From positions 17,360,001-17,424,000 of the forward strand of contig NC_047017.1 of assembly GCF_902652985.1 (NCBI RefSeq): a DNA stretch of 64,000 nt, in the 5' to 3' direction. The notes beneath the pieces are model-generated. The model did not search any database, was not told where the DNA came from, and saw nothing but the letters and a program-made list of their open reading frames with translations. Shown here piece by piece: positions 51,975 to 64,000 of this stretch. The position numbers were made by a program, and so were the translations under genes. This stretch comes from Pecten maximus. Its lineage: Eukaryota. The stretch's first letter is position 1. The number at the start of each line of letters is the position of its first letter.

Positions 51975-54900
51975 ATGAAGTGGTTTTCACTTCTTTTCGT
52001 TGTGGCCCTCTTTCATGGGGGATTGGGGAGGAACTTTGCAGGTAAGAGATAGTGGCCAGAGTTAATGGTGGACCACATTTTGCTGATGGCAATTTGAGAT
52101 AAGAGAGTATTAGTTGAACTGTAATCTCGTGTACCCTAACTCAAAGTATAAATACGAAAACAAATTTCACATCTAAACTTTTATCTTTGCTAATTGATGA
52201 TGCTAGGTACATTTAATAGAAACTTAAGTACGGTTCGGAAAGTGCGTCATCACTGTGCTTTAACAAAAAAGGTGTCCACATATGCGATAACAATTAATAC
52301 CGCATCAACATCAATTCGAAAACAGCGAACCCAATAATATTCTTGTTTACACATGAAAAAACGTACTATTGTTTTGCATAATATTAATGCAATATCATAA
52401 TTATTTGGATACACAAAATATTTCATTATGAAATAATATCATTTATTGCATTTTTGCCAGTGAAATATAGAAATTTATCAAGCTAATAAAACTTATATTT
52501 TCACTGCAGCGATGAGCAGTGAAAATATAAGATGTTGCAGTGAAAATATAAGATGTTGCAGTGAAAATATAAGTTTTGCAGTGAAAATATAAGTTTTCCG
52601 TTTTTGACCAGTCAGAGCGGACCTTTGTATTCACCTCGTTGAAACTTGCCGATTTTTCCAATCGAAGCGGAGATAGACAAATTGGTTATTTTGCTATATT
52701 TTTGAAATAATCTGACCAATTTTTGACCAAATACTCACTTGACGTTAGCTATTCATGCACATATTCTCCGATAACTGTAGAAAATGCTTAAATTGCGCTG
52801 ATCAGTCCTTTAAAAATGGCGCCGTCATGTTGACGTAGAGTAACGTCACAATGAGATGACGTCATTACTGATTCCCGCACTTTTTGACACTATTAATTTT
52901 TCGATGTTTTTAATTTTGTTTAAAAGTTTATGAAATGCAATAAAAAGAAAATTGAATGGTTTCCCGTTAAATATAACATATGTTTCACTCGTATGACAGA
53001 ATATCGATATTTTCACGAGTGCGAAGCACGAGTGAAAAATATCGATATTCTGTCATACGAGTGAAATATATGTTATATTAAACGGGCAACCATTCAATAT
53101 CCTCTATGTATTAATGATAGTTACATCGATAAATTGATTAATATTTTGATAGCGGATACAAGTCTATTTTACGCTCAATATGACGTTGGAGGAAGAGTAA
53201 AAAGAGTAGAATCCGGTGTCTGGTACAGTAACAGAATATTTAGAATGCACAATTCTAACCCTTATTTCAGCAGGAACCGATTACCCGAGTAGTATTTGGA
53301 TCAGATTGAAGAATATGTGTATTCCATAAAGCAGGTCAATGTCATTTCACATTAATATATTTTAAAAGAACAAAAGTAGGTTCATTTAATTTCAGAAGCC
53401 ATTTCTTCGATGCATTTTTGTTATGTTAAATGCTGGGATATAACATGAAAAAAAAACGCAAACCCAAAACCAAAAATAGAATTTCGAAATTCCATTCTGG
53501 GGCCATTAGGACGTTTTCTAGACATAAAAGAATATATCGTGATCAAAAAGGATGACATCGCCTAAACATAAAAAGAAAGCAGTACTTGTTTTCTTCTCTG
53601 ATATGACGTCATAAGATTCTGACATTACTGCCATTACTGGTAATTACAAAATCACGTATTGTAGTTACGTGACACCATTGAAGTATTTATTGTGTTAACG
53701 AGTGTTATTTACTTGATGTTTACTAGTGACATTTTCTTGATTTACACTATAACAAGTTAGGATTTTCGAATGTAACATAAATAGATCATTTAGAAAAATA
53801 ATGATTGCATGAAACTTCATAGTCATCTCGAGGCATTTGATGCGAAAGGAGCGCGGACATCAAGGCCATTCTTAATCAACTTGTATATACAAGTTTTCGG
53901 TCTCCTTCTTCAGGATTACGGAGACAGACGTCCAGTTCCGGTGCCACTTCCGTTTTTTCACCTTTTAGTCCAGTAAAAATGGGAAGCGTGAGTGGTGCCG
54001 GTGCCATGAATCCGTTCGCTGCTCAGAGTCAGATGAATCATACCGGGTTTCAAAGTAGTTCGTCATCAACTTCTTCTATTTTCTTGTCTTCCGGAAAGAA
54101 CACAAACTTCAATCCCCTGTCAGGACCCTCTGGAGCGTTAAACCCCTTTAACACCCAGGCATCGTCAGGACAGCAAAGTACTTCTGGAAATAACACAAAC
54201 TTCAATCCCCTGTCGGGACCTTCTGGAGCATTAAACCCCTTTAACACCCAGGCATCACCAGGACAGCAAAGTACTACCGGATACTCCGGACCCGCAGGCA
54301 ATCCAATGCAGTCAGGAAATCCTATGGACATGAATCCATTTGGAGGTAGCACTAATGCAACTTCCAATTCTTCAAGCCAATCAACGGCAAAATTCCCATT
54401 AAATATGAATCCATTCGGATCAAACCAAATGAGTTCAACTGGTTTCTCATCAACATTTGATCCTAACAAAATTAACGGGATGGCATTCTCGGCACTGATT
54501 GGAAGAGGAACATTAGGTCAGTTTAATATACCGCTACTATTTACTATGTACGCTTTTAGAAGCAATCAAGTGGAATAATATTCTTATTTTAGTGTGTTGC
54601 TATCATTGTAGTTAAGCGACAAGCCTCGGGAGGATCTTCCACGATCCCCAAATACGACCCAAATGCGGTCAACCAGTTGACGTCGAGTTTCCTTGACCCC
54701 TCCAAGTCCATGCTCGGCGCAGGAGGTGCCACTGGTGGCATGTACAACCCAGATCAGTGGAATACTATCAGCTTCAACATGTTCAACCCCCAGTCTCAGC
54801 TAGGGAAGCGATGTAAGTTGGGACTTGTTGTAATACATAGGCTAAATGTCGTATGTAAATTACACAAACACAAGATGACGACTCACATTCAAAGAAATTT

Positions 54901-55618
54901 GTAGCAGAATATGTCGCGTTAAAAGTAATTCGGATAAACATTCTCAAGACAATTAGATTCTGCATTGAATTATAAGCATTTAAATATCTAGTCAATCTTA
55001 TAATTGTATTACGGTCAAAAGATTATTCTTTGCGTTTATGTTTAAGATATCAAAAGACAAACTGCTCAAGCGCCAAGCACAGGTGGAAGTATGTCACCTT
55101 CTGCTGGATCAACTTCCGGTGGATCTAGTCCCAGTGGATCTAGCCTGACCAGCGGGGCAAGTCAGACAGGAGGAGCCAGTCAGTCTGGGGGAGCTAGTCA
55201 GGCCGGAAGTGCTAGCCAAACTGGGGGAGTTAGTCAAACTGGGGGCTCGAGTCAGACATCAGGGGCTTCTCAGCTGACACAACCTAGCATGTTTACTAAC
55301 CCAGGGGCATTTACAATGGGTGGTGGGTCACCTTCCTCATCCTCTTCGTCTTCAGGAAGTAGCGGAGGAAGTAGTAGTAGCAGTAGTAGTAGTGGCAGCG
55401 GAAGCGGAAGTGGAGGTAGTGGATCATCCAGTTCCAGTTCTATACCATCATTCGATCCAAACAAATTAAACCAAATTATGTTTAGCTTCCTTGATCCCTC
55501 AAAAGCCCAACTAGGGCAAGGAGGGGGAGGGGGGTCTGGTTTTAATCCGGACCAGATCAACAGCCAGGTGTTCAACTTCTTCAACCCTAACCTCATGATG
55601 GGAGGAGGAAGACGCTAA
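51975..55618 (+). CDS. FDPN gene E: secreted modular precursor, 480 aa, three modules delimited by dibasic sites
   Basis: Exons 51975-52041 (MKWFSLLFVVALFHGGLG), 53914-54516, 54612-54812, 55047-55618, all introns phase 1, total 1443 nt. Modules start LRR-Q, VKR-Q and IKR-Q; AATAAA near 55720. Confidence 0.88.
52441..53107. mobile_element. Hairpin-ended non-autonomous element in gene E intron 1
   Basis: ~75-bp-arm palindrome at 52950-53100 centred on GC-GAA-GC; internal ~20-bp repeats GCAGTGAAAATATAAG; second copy at 62744-63038. Confidence 0.75.
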
Positions 55619-57443
55619 GGTAAACCATAACGTGACACGGGGCTTTATTTATTAGGATTTGATGCATAACATGCTGTACAATTTTAGTCGGATGAATTTT
55701 ACACTGTTAATGCACATGTAAATAAAAGAAAATAAGTTAGAATGCTGAGTGATGCTCCTGTGATATATTGTAGGATGCATCAAAAGAATAAGATGATACT
55801 TGATAAATATGTTGTGTGGATTTTGTAAAAATAGTGCATTTGTGACAAAAAGTCTGTTTGATCAAGCCATGTCATGTAATTTTACAATATATCAAGCTGA
55901 TCACATCAATTCACCAAAATCTTGCGTAAGTAAATAAACCTTAATCATTGTATACAAAGATGTCCATGATGTTTAATTTTCGCTGAATAATCATATTTTA
56001 ATTTCATAAAGCATGAGAATACATTTCCAAATGTTACAACGTACGATTTATCAAGTCTATGAATGTCTCTATTTGTATGTTTCAGGATAAACGCCAAAAG
56101 AGGTGAAACATTACTACTTCAATATTTTCTATAAAAATATAATAAACATGGGAACAGACACCACGTATTTGTGTTGTTTTTCTATGCTGTAATGACCATC
56201 GAAAAAGGACAGTTATTGTTGAATACAACTTTCTTCATTAAGTCACCATTATCGTTCGCTGTTCAACATTAAGTAAGTGAAACTGCATTTAGTACATAAT
56301 TAGGGAAAGAGACTTTCTTCCTAAGCATTGTGATATCAAAGGATATTTCAAAATGGTATTTAAAATAAGGATAACAACAAAAATTAGCATTGCCTTGTTT
56401 CATACCCCCGTGTGATTTTCTTTCGATATATGAAAATATGTTGTGTTTTTTTAGGAAAACAAACATTCGGATTTTGTTTTATGAAATCTTAAGTCAGAAC
56501 ATAATTAGGAAGGGAGATGCATAATAACAAAAACTGCGAATATATGGATACTGTTAAATGGTAACATGACAAAATAAAAATAAAAAAAAATAAAAAAAAT
56601 ATGGCTACTGGTTCAAGGTAACGCATCAAAAACAGTTAAAAGATGGATACTGTTTCATTGTAACATGACAACAAGAACGGCGAATAGATGGATCATGTTT
56701 CATGGTTATTGGTGGATTATTTCAGAAAATACTAAAAGATAACAAAATATATTTCGATACTATCCTTCTGAGTAGAAATCTACACATAACATCTGTATCA
56801 ACGATTTCATCTATATAAGTCATTATCTATTATGTTTACACTAGGGAACATATAAACAAGTCATGCTTTACCCTTGTGGGCAGAGTCAATGAGACCCAAT
56901 CAACTCTTACTGATTCTGGACTAGGCGAGAATCAATATCAATTGTTACACCTGTTGGTCAATTGGTCATTCATCAAATGTCCTACTAATGACACCCGTAA
57001 TTAGTGTTTCTTTATTACACATGGACAAATTACATGTTAGGGACCTATAAACACACATACGATCTGAACATTCATCTGTTGAAGTCGCTGACCAAAGTGT
57101 CCCGTCTTCAAGTTTATAGTAAGAGGGAAATACCAAAACACTTCCATTATTGGATCCATAACAACCACCATGGTACGTATATAGTACTTCAGATATCTGG
57201 GGTGTACTCTTTTCAAAACAACCAGCCTGTGTAAATAGATCTAACACAGACATTCCTAACTCTTATTGTCCTCACATTTAAAACTCACTATGTAACACGT
57301 GGTATACTCCTTTCAGTAAACGTAAACCCGTATTTAAACACCAGCGAAGTATGGCATTTGACTGTTGTTAGTACAATAACAATAGATAGGGACAGAGACA
57401 ATTTCGTAAAGGCTTAAAATTTGGGTACACACATCTCGCGCAG

Positions 57444-60400
57444 ATGAGAATGGCTCTACGCATCATGAAAAAGAGTACATTTTCTACACCGAGGAGATTA
57501 AGTTTCTTTCGGAAGTCTTCGGAAGCATCAAATAATGGCTCGGAATACTCGGATTCTGAAGTTCGTGTACCAAGCAAGGTCAGGAATAAGTATTGTATGT
57601 CTACGTGCAAGTCTCATATTATATTACGACGTTGTCAGTGTTAAGAGTTAATAATGTTCACAAGGGTAGCCCATTATTTGCCTTATTTAACTACAAGTTT
57701 CTCAAGATATATTTTTTGCAAAATGTTTACAGATAAACATTCATCGTGTAAATATATAAATATTTTGTCACGCTTTCATGTAAATCACAACAAAATCATC
57801 GTATAGCTGCATCATGTCAGTATTAGGTGGCGGTGAACAGTACTGTCTGTGTTGACGAAACAGTACCATATCTATAAGATTCATCATTTAACCTTCAATT
57901 TCAAATTCAGTATATCCTTGGACATCCTGGATATAATTATTAATCATATCGCATATTTCTATTTAAACCTATTTGTGTGTCTGTTCATGTTAGTTTACAG
58001 CTGCGAAGTAATGTATCTTTGTGTGTAGCTATGCTGTCATCCATTACGTTAATTACCTGGTATTATAGATAAAGGGGTTTATAGTTAATCAGCTGGGAAA
58101 TAGTTTATATTATTGTGTGAAATAGTCCAAGCTATTCCCCACTGGAAAAGGTGAACTGTTTCGAAGATGTCATTGTTAAACTGTCACATCAAATATGCAT
58201 AGAGAAAACACAGAATGGATAGCATCATACTCATGATTTAAGATTTAACTTAAAGCTGACAACGCAAGATAAAAAGCTTTCCTTTTGAAATAAGAAGAAA
58301 TAATGATTTTTGAAATGGTTTGGAGATGTTCTCTGTGATACAAATATATCTATCTCACGTGCATGCACGCTATTATAGGCACATATCACCAGTCTGTTAA
58401 CTAAGCAGACTTCAACTACAATATCTGCCACTTCCTTGAAAACTGTGACCGGAAGATATATATTTATAAAAGGGAACATCTCCAAACCATTTAAAAAAAG
58501 TATGTTGTTGTTTCTTTTATTTCAAAGCGAAAGCTTTTTAACTTGCGTTGTCAGCTTTAAATATAAAGCAAGTCTATGAAGTGGAGCAACAATATTGAAG
58601 ACAACATATCAATGCATACGTAATTATCGTAATCATAAAAGTAGATGTCGTTCTTAATATTTTAAGATTTAATTATAATCAGGGATATAATGGATATTTA
58701 TTTACATGAGCAAAACTACCTGGTCCCTGCATCTGGTTTGTTAAAACAACGATCGGACACAAAAAAACTACATATTGATATTATTATCATGAATAAAAAC
58801 AGTTCTGATCTAAAATAGATTTATCCTAAATTAAGAATATATATTTACAATGTTTTTTACCAAAATAAAACTTCTATTATACATTAATCCCTTAAATAGT
58901 CAGAGCTTCACATTTCAGACTAGTTTTCATTCCATATAAGTCATAAAACAGCTCTCCATATACTCAATACAGTTTTTTTTCTGAAAAATAAGCCATTGAG
59001 GTAAAGATACTTATTTCGACATAACTATTTTACATAGATACGTACAGTCTCGTAATAAACAAACAATATCAATGAAACTACACGAGGAAAGCAACGAACA
59101 TGTATAAATATATGGAATCATATTTATTAAGCATTTTGGAATGGCGAGTGTCATCTGCTTCATCAGCGATTCTTGTACTATAATTTTTGTGTATACAAAT
59201 ATTATATATATAGCGTTTTAAAGATGGAGAACAGGTTCAGTGACAGCAAAAACACTATAACGACCGTAACTAAACGTCTTGCTTAATAAGATATCAGATT
59301 ACCGAGTTTGAGAACCATCCATAATAAATCCGATATCAAAGTTGGAATAAAAAACAGTGACATGAAAGAACGGATATGAAACAAAGAAAAAATTATCAAC
59401 TCCACAAGTAAGCTGAAAGTAATGTCATGGTTCAGATTTACTCTGTCTCTTTGCTACGAAATTATGAACATCACACAAGGCATTCAAACGAATTAAGCAA
59501 ATTTGGAGCACTGAAATATCCTAAATCCGGGAATTCTATAGATCGTTATAACCTTTTAGGACCTAATAAATATATATTCCATCGAGGCACCCGTTGAAAC
59601 TTCCGAAATGGAGACTAAGCCAGGTGATCACTGTAAAACATGAGACTAATCATATGAGAAAATCTTGACTGAGTTCAACAGAACACATATATCCAATCTT
59701 AACATACAAAAGTATCTGAAGACTTGCAATTGCGTTTCTATTGATGTCAGGAAAACTACCAATCTGGAAATGGAAAGGTTATATTTCTAAATGTTTTGTA
59801 AATTATCTTCAAGAATGCTACTTCATGTACAACTACAAAATTTTTAATTGTATATTTTTGGCAGTTTTCATTATGTTTAAATGTTTATTTCACAGGTCCA
59901 TCAGTTGACCAAAGAACAGATAACAGGTATTGTATTTGTTGATGTTCCTCATTTTGTGTAAAAAGCAGCACTTTCATTGCTTCATAATATGTGCAAAATC
60001 CATCACAGTAAAACTTAAATATACCTTAACAAAACGCATATGATTGAATATAGGTGTATATATTTTGGATGCATGAATGCACGTGGAACTCGATCGCTTT
60101 TATTTCTTCATATTGAATTATTAATTAACATGTTGTTCATTTGTTTATCAACGCAGAATTTAGGGATACATTCCTTTTATTCGACCAGGACGGTGATGGG
60201 ACTATAACAACAAAGGAGCTAGGTCACGTGATGCGATCTCTGGGCCAGAACCCTACCGATGCAGAGCTTCATGATATGATATCTCTGGTAGACAATGACG
60301 GTAAGACAGCAGCGATATGTTCTATTTTCCTCTCCCAAAGTTTCATATTTCTTTAAGCTACTTCCCTGAGTACTCATAATTTTCATACTTGACGTTCTTT

Positions 60401-61625
60401 TGGAATTCAATTTTCAAATTATAATTCTTATTTTAATTGTGGAGCTATTTCACTTCCCCACTTGAACTTTGACCTATTGTTTTTTTTTTTTTAGCTTTTA
60501 CAGCCGCCTTCTAGGTATTAAAACTTTAAACCCTTTGTGTCGCAGCTGAAGTTTCCTTAAATTACGTCACAACTGCATGATGCAGTTTTAATTCATATTG
60601 GCTGTACTGTACCTTATTATCAGCTTGTATTGTAATGGGCTTATGTAGTGTCATTTGTAAATGCATATTTTAAAATCAATTTTACCGTCAATGACATACC
60701 ATTTCAACGTGTTGGGCTGTTTCAGGAAACGGCTCAATAGATTTCGATGAATTCCTTCACCTTGTTGCCAAGAGACTACAAGAAGCAGACATTGAAACGG
60801 GTCTGGTAGAGGCATTCCGCCTGTTTGATAAAGATGGTAACGGTTTCCTCACTGCAAATGAGCTACAAAGTGTTGTAGCGACATCGGGGGAAATCCTTAC
60901 CGACGCAGAAGTTGATATACTGATGAATGAAGCTGATGTCAACAACGATGGAAAAATAAACTATAAAGGTATAGAATGATGTTACAACTATGTATTGGCA
61001 TGATAAGGTTGTATTAATTATTGTGTCACAGGTATTCTTCACATATGTCAAATATTCATGTTATATCAAATGTTTCACACCTGTCAAAAATTTGCTTTAT
61101 TACATCATCATGGAATATAAATAAAAACCGAACGGTGTTCTCTATATGCTGCCTTGAAAATGGCCAAATTTTTCTGTAAAGAAATGAAGTTATAAAAGAT
61201 TGTGTGATTTTTGTTTTTTGAATCTTTGCAGCATATTTGGTTTATTATTATCATCATGATTTTTTTCAACTACGCATTTGATTAAGAAAGTATTGCTTAT
61301 CAGTTACCAGTTGACTATGAAGCACGAGGCAACGTTTTGTAGGTGTCGTTCGATAGGTTGGTTAACATATTCAAATTGAAAACATTTCAATAACCATTCA
61401 ACACCTTATATAATACAGTTCGAATACTTTTGTCATATTGAATTATCCTTTACATATCATGTTATTATCGCAAACTTTTTGTTATATTCTTAAATTAATT
61501 TTAGGATGCAATGAAATTGTATCCAAATCAGGTGTGAACATTACCTATTGATCATATTACACAAGTAATACAAATGAAATGTTTCCTTTATTTCAGAGTT
61601 CGTCAAGTTGATGACAGGGAAATGA
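57444..61625 (+). CDS. Calmodulin-like protein (4 EF-hands), probably N-terminally extended
   Basis: Exons 59896-59926 (31 nt), 60157-60300 (144 nt), 60726-60968 (243 nt) and 61597-61625 match calmodulin exon sizes. Loops [48 protein letters not shown]. The first exon 57444-57578 (phase 0, AAG|GTCAGG) is less certain. Confidence 0.9.
58254..58556. mobile_element. MITE with long TIRs and TTAA flanks (Kolobok-like)
   Basis: TTAA-AGCTGACAACGCAAG...CTTGCGTTGTCAGCT-TTAA; inverted similarity extends ~80 bp (ATGGTTTGGAGATGTTC / GAACATCTCCAAACCAT). Confidence 0.75.
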
Positions 61626-62743
61626 AGACAGGGAAGAACCCGTCACTAAAGTGTTCTGTAGACTTAGTCATTCGTCATGAAAACGCAATATTTCTGTTCT
61701 TTATGCTGTGATAACTACAATAAATCCACACACTTTAGATATGTTTCCTGGCAGGATTTATGATATCTTTATTCTTTGAACTCTTAATGTATCCACAGGC
61801 TGGTTTTCGTGGTGACTATTAGTTTTATGACAATTATCAAGGATTCTTATTACATATAAAATCCTGATCATGTTCTACGCTTTCTCATCAACATCAACCC
61901 ATAAGTACTTATACAGTCGAGCATCTTCCTTTTTCCAGCATGCAAAAAAGTGATCGGATTTTGGAACGGCAAGATTTCTTGGTGTTATCTTATGTACCAT
62001 TTGTCTGTAATATATATATATATGCGAACGTGTAAGAATTATATTTATTATTTACTCTTTCACTCACAAATCACTCAAAGAAATCATTAGACGTCATAGA
62101 CTTGCAGAAATCGGAAGCGAAACTTGATGTTCAGGATGTAAAATAATTTGTGAAACAAATAAATCCATGAACGCATGATGATCTCAGACACAATAAACTA
62201 TGTCATAATGAAAAACGGACTTCAGCATTTTTATCTCGAAAGATTTGTTTTTGTGTTTATTCACGCCCCAGTTTCATCAATATTAGATACAAGCCATAAT
62301 ACAAGATTTATTCCACATCTAATATCGGGGAAAACTTAAAACAATAAAATTTCCTTAACATAAGGAAAATTGATGAAACAGAGGCAGGGATAAATAGAAT
62401 GTAATTTCATAACCAAAAGATTATTTTGTTGAAGTTAGATATAAAAGATATCATAAATTCACCAATTGATTAAATATTGAGTGCATATAATTATGCCTCT
62501 TCTATATTTAAATATGTGCTTTATGTCATTTTTACTTCTTTTCAAACCTTTTGGTCCCGAAGCATCAGTGATGAGTCTTAGATGAATGAAAAAGCTGTAT
62601 GCAGTTTGCTAGTTCATTGTTTGACATATACCGTTGTTATATTCATATGACAGTTGTTATTCTCTTGTCTTTTGCACAATTGTTATAATTACATAGCATA
62701 CGTGTCCTGAAAGAGACACTTGCGACGTGGGGAGAAAACATAG

Positions 62744-63038
62744 ATAGAGGATATTGAATAGTTTACCGTTTGATATAACATATATTTCACGAGTATGACA
62801 GAATATCGATATTTTTACGAGTGCAACGCACAATATTGAAATATTCTGTCATACGAGTGACGGGAAACCATTCATTTCATACTTTTTATTGCATTTTTTA
62901 TAGCAAAATGTATTGTGTCAAAATATTTAATATTTTCACTGCAAAAACTTATATTTTCTCTGCAAATCGCTGCAGTGAAAACCTAAGTTTTATTAGTATG
63001 ATAAATTTCTATATTTTACTGGCAAAGATGCAATAAAT
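62744..63038. mobile_element. Internally deleted, inverted copy of the 52441-53107 element
   Basis: ATAGAGGATATTGAAT...GAGTATGACAGAATATCGATAT...TTACTGGCAAAGATGCAATAAAT matches the reverse complement of both ends of the first copy. Confidence 0.8.
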
Positions 63039-64000
63039 AAACATATTTCACGATATCAGATTAATGTAATTATTATCCATTGTTTATTGCAGGATACAGT
63101 AATTTGGTGTCGAATAGATAACAGAAAAAGCATAGTCAAGATATCAGAATCTCTCCCATATTTAATGCACATTAAATACACAATGTTTATTAACATCATG
63201 ATGACTTTTAATGAGCTAATTCCTTTGTGAAAGTGGAATTAAGTATTGTGTATTTTGTTTAAATAAGCAATCGACTGTACCTGCCAAAAGAAAAGTACAC
63301 ATATTATAAGTTTATAAAAAAAAAATCAGGCCATAAGGATGACTCGTGAGACAAGTCGATTTCCTTGATAGATGTTTGAATTAAATAAGAGATAGATTTC
63401 ATATTGACACGGAATGTTAAGGTCCTTAAGAAATCACGCCGAACACTCCTTTGTCATGTGGCATGTGTACATGTCACACATCAGACCAAAGATAAGTCTC
63501 ACACCTGTTTAAGATCACAAGGTTCCTTAAACAAGCACGTGACATTTCCACATGGAATCTGGCGGTCAAATCATTACCAGTTTATCCGGATATGTTAAAA
63601 CCAAGTTTCTTGATGATATTATTAAAGACGTATTCAATATAGATATTAATATTTAAATGCATCATGCAATATACAATAAATACCATAACAATGCAATAAT
63701 TCAATAAGTGGTGCTTAATCGTATTTCCTTCACCTTTCACTGCCTCACAAATGACGCATTCTGGAGTAATTATATGCAATACATGTTTAGATACATAGAC
63801 CGCTTTATTATATTATTTGAATTTTTTTATTACAAAAAATACTTTGCACCTTTACATATACTGAAATTTAAAATATGCTCTTTTGTCTCTAGAGAAACAT
63901 CAAGACGCATTGTCTGCATGGGCAATTTTAGGGTAAGATTGATATAAGCATTGCCTGTTATATCATTCTTTTGTATTACATTTTAATGCAATAAACTTGA

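Noticed and set aside
54005-54420. NPF motifs in gene E suggesting an endocytic EH-domain ligand or FG-nucleoporin
   Set aside because: The signal peptide and processing sites point to secretion; NPF looks like a variant of the family [FLM]NP motif.
24508-55596. Antisense Leu/Pro/Glu-rich ORFs (24508, 40180, 41193, 54050, 55270 and others)
   Set aside because: Shadow frames of Ser/Gly-rich coding sequence.
59896-61625. Canonical calmodulin
   Set aside because: Too many substitutions for the near-invariant animal CaM; called calmodulin-like instead.

Overview
AT-rich, intron-containing animal DNA, most likely a bivalve mollusc (inferred from the repeat families, not proven). From left to right: (1) the first 9 coding exons of a striatin (STRN3-like) gene on the minus strand, head-to-head with (2) a 5-exon AP-4 sigma (AP4S1-like) gene that the ORF track only shows in pieces; it has a 12-nt microexon followed by a U12-type intron. 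(3) A ~32-kb block (23.9-55.6 kb) of orphan genes. Four of them encode signal-peptide-bearing, Cys-free, Ser/Gly/Asn/Gln/Met-rich proteins built on a shared [FY][DN]P[NDST]xxN motif; several have dibasic/furin sites, Gln N-termini and Gly-basic C-termini like prohormone precursors. A fifth secreted orphan and an intronless 528-aa orphan lie among them. (4) A divergent calmodulin-like gene with a probable N-terminal extension. Introns carry large minisatellites (48, 22 and 22 bp units), one apparently amplified from its host gene's own splice donor, plus hairpin-ended non-autonomous elements. The best candidate for an undescribed system is the 'FDPN' secreted-precursor cluster. All gene models were spliced by hand from GT-AG signals and codon phase; none has transcript support here.
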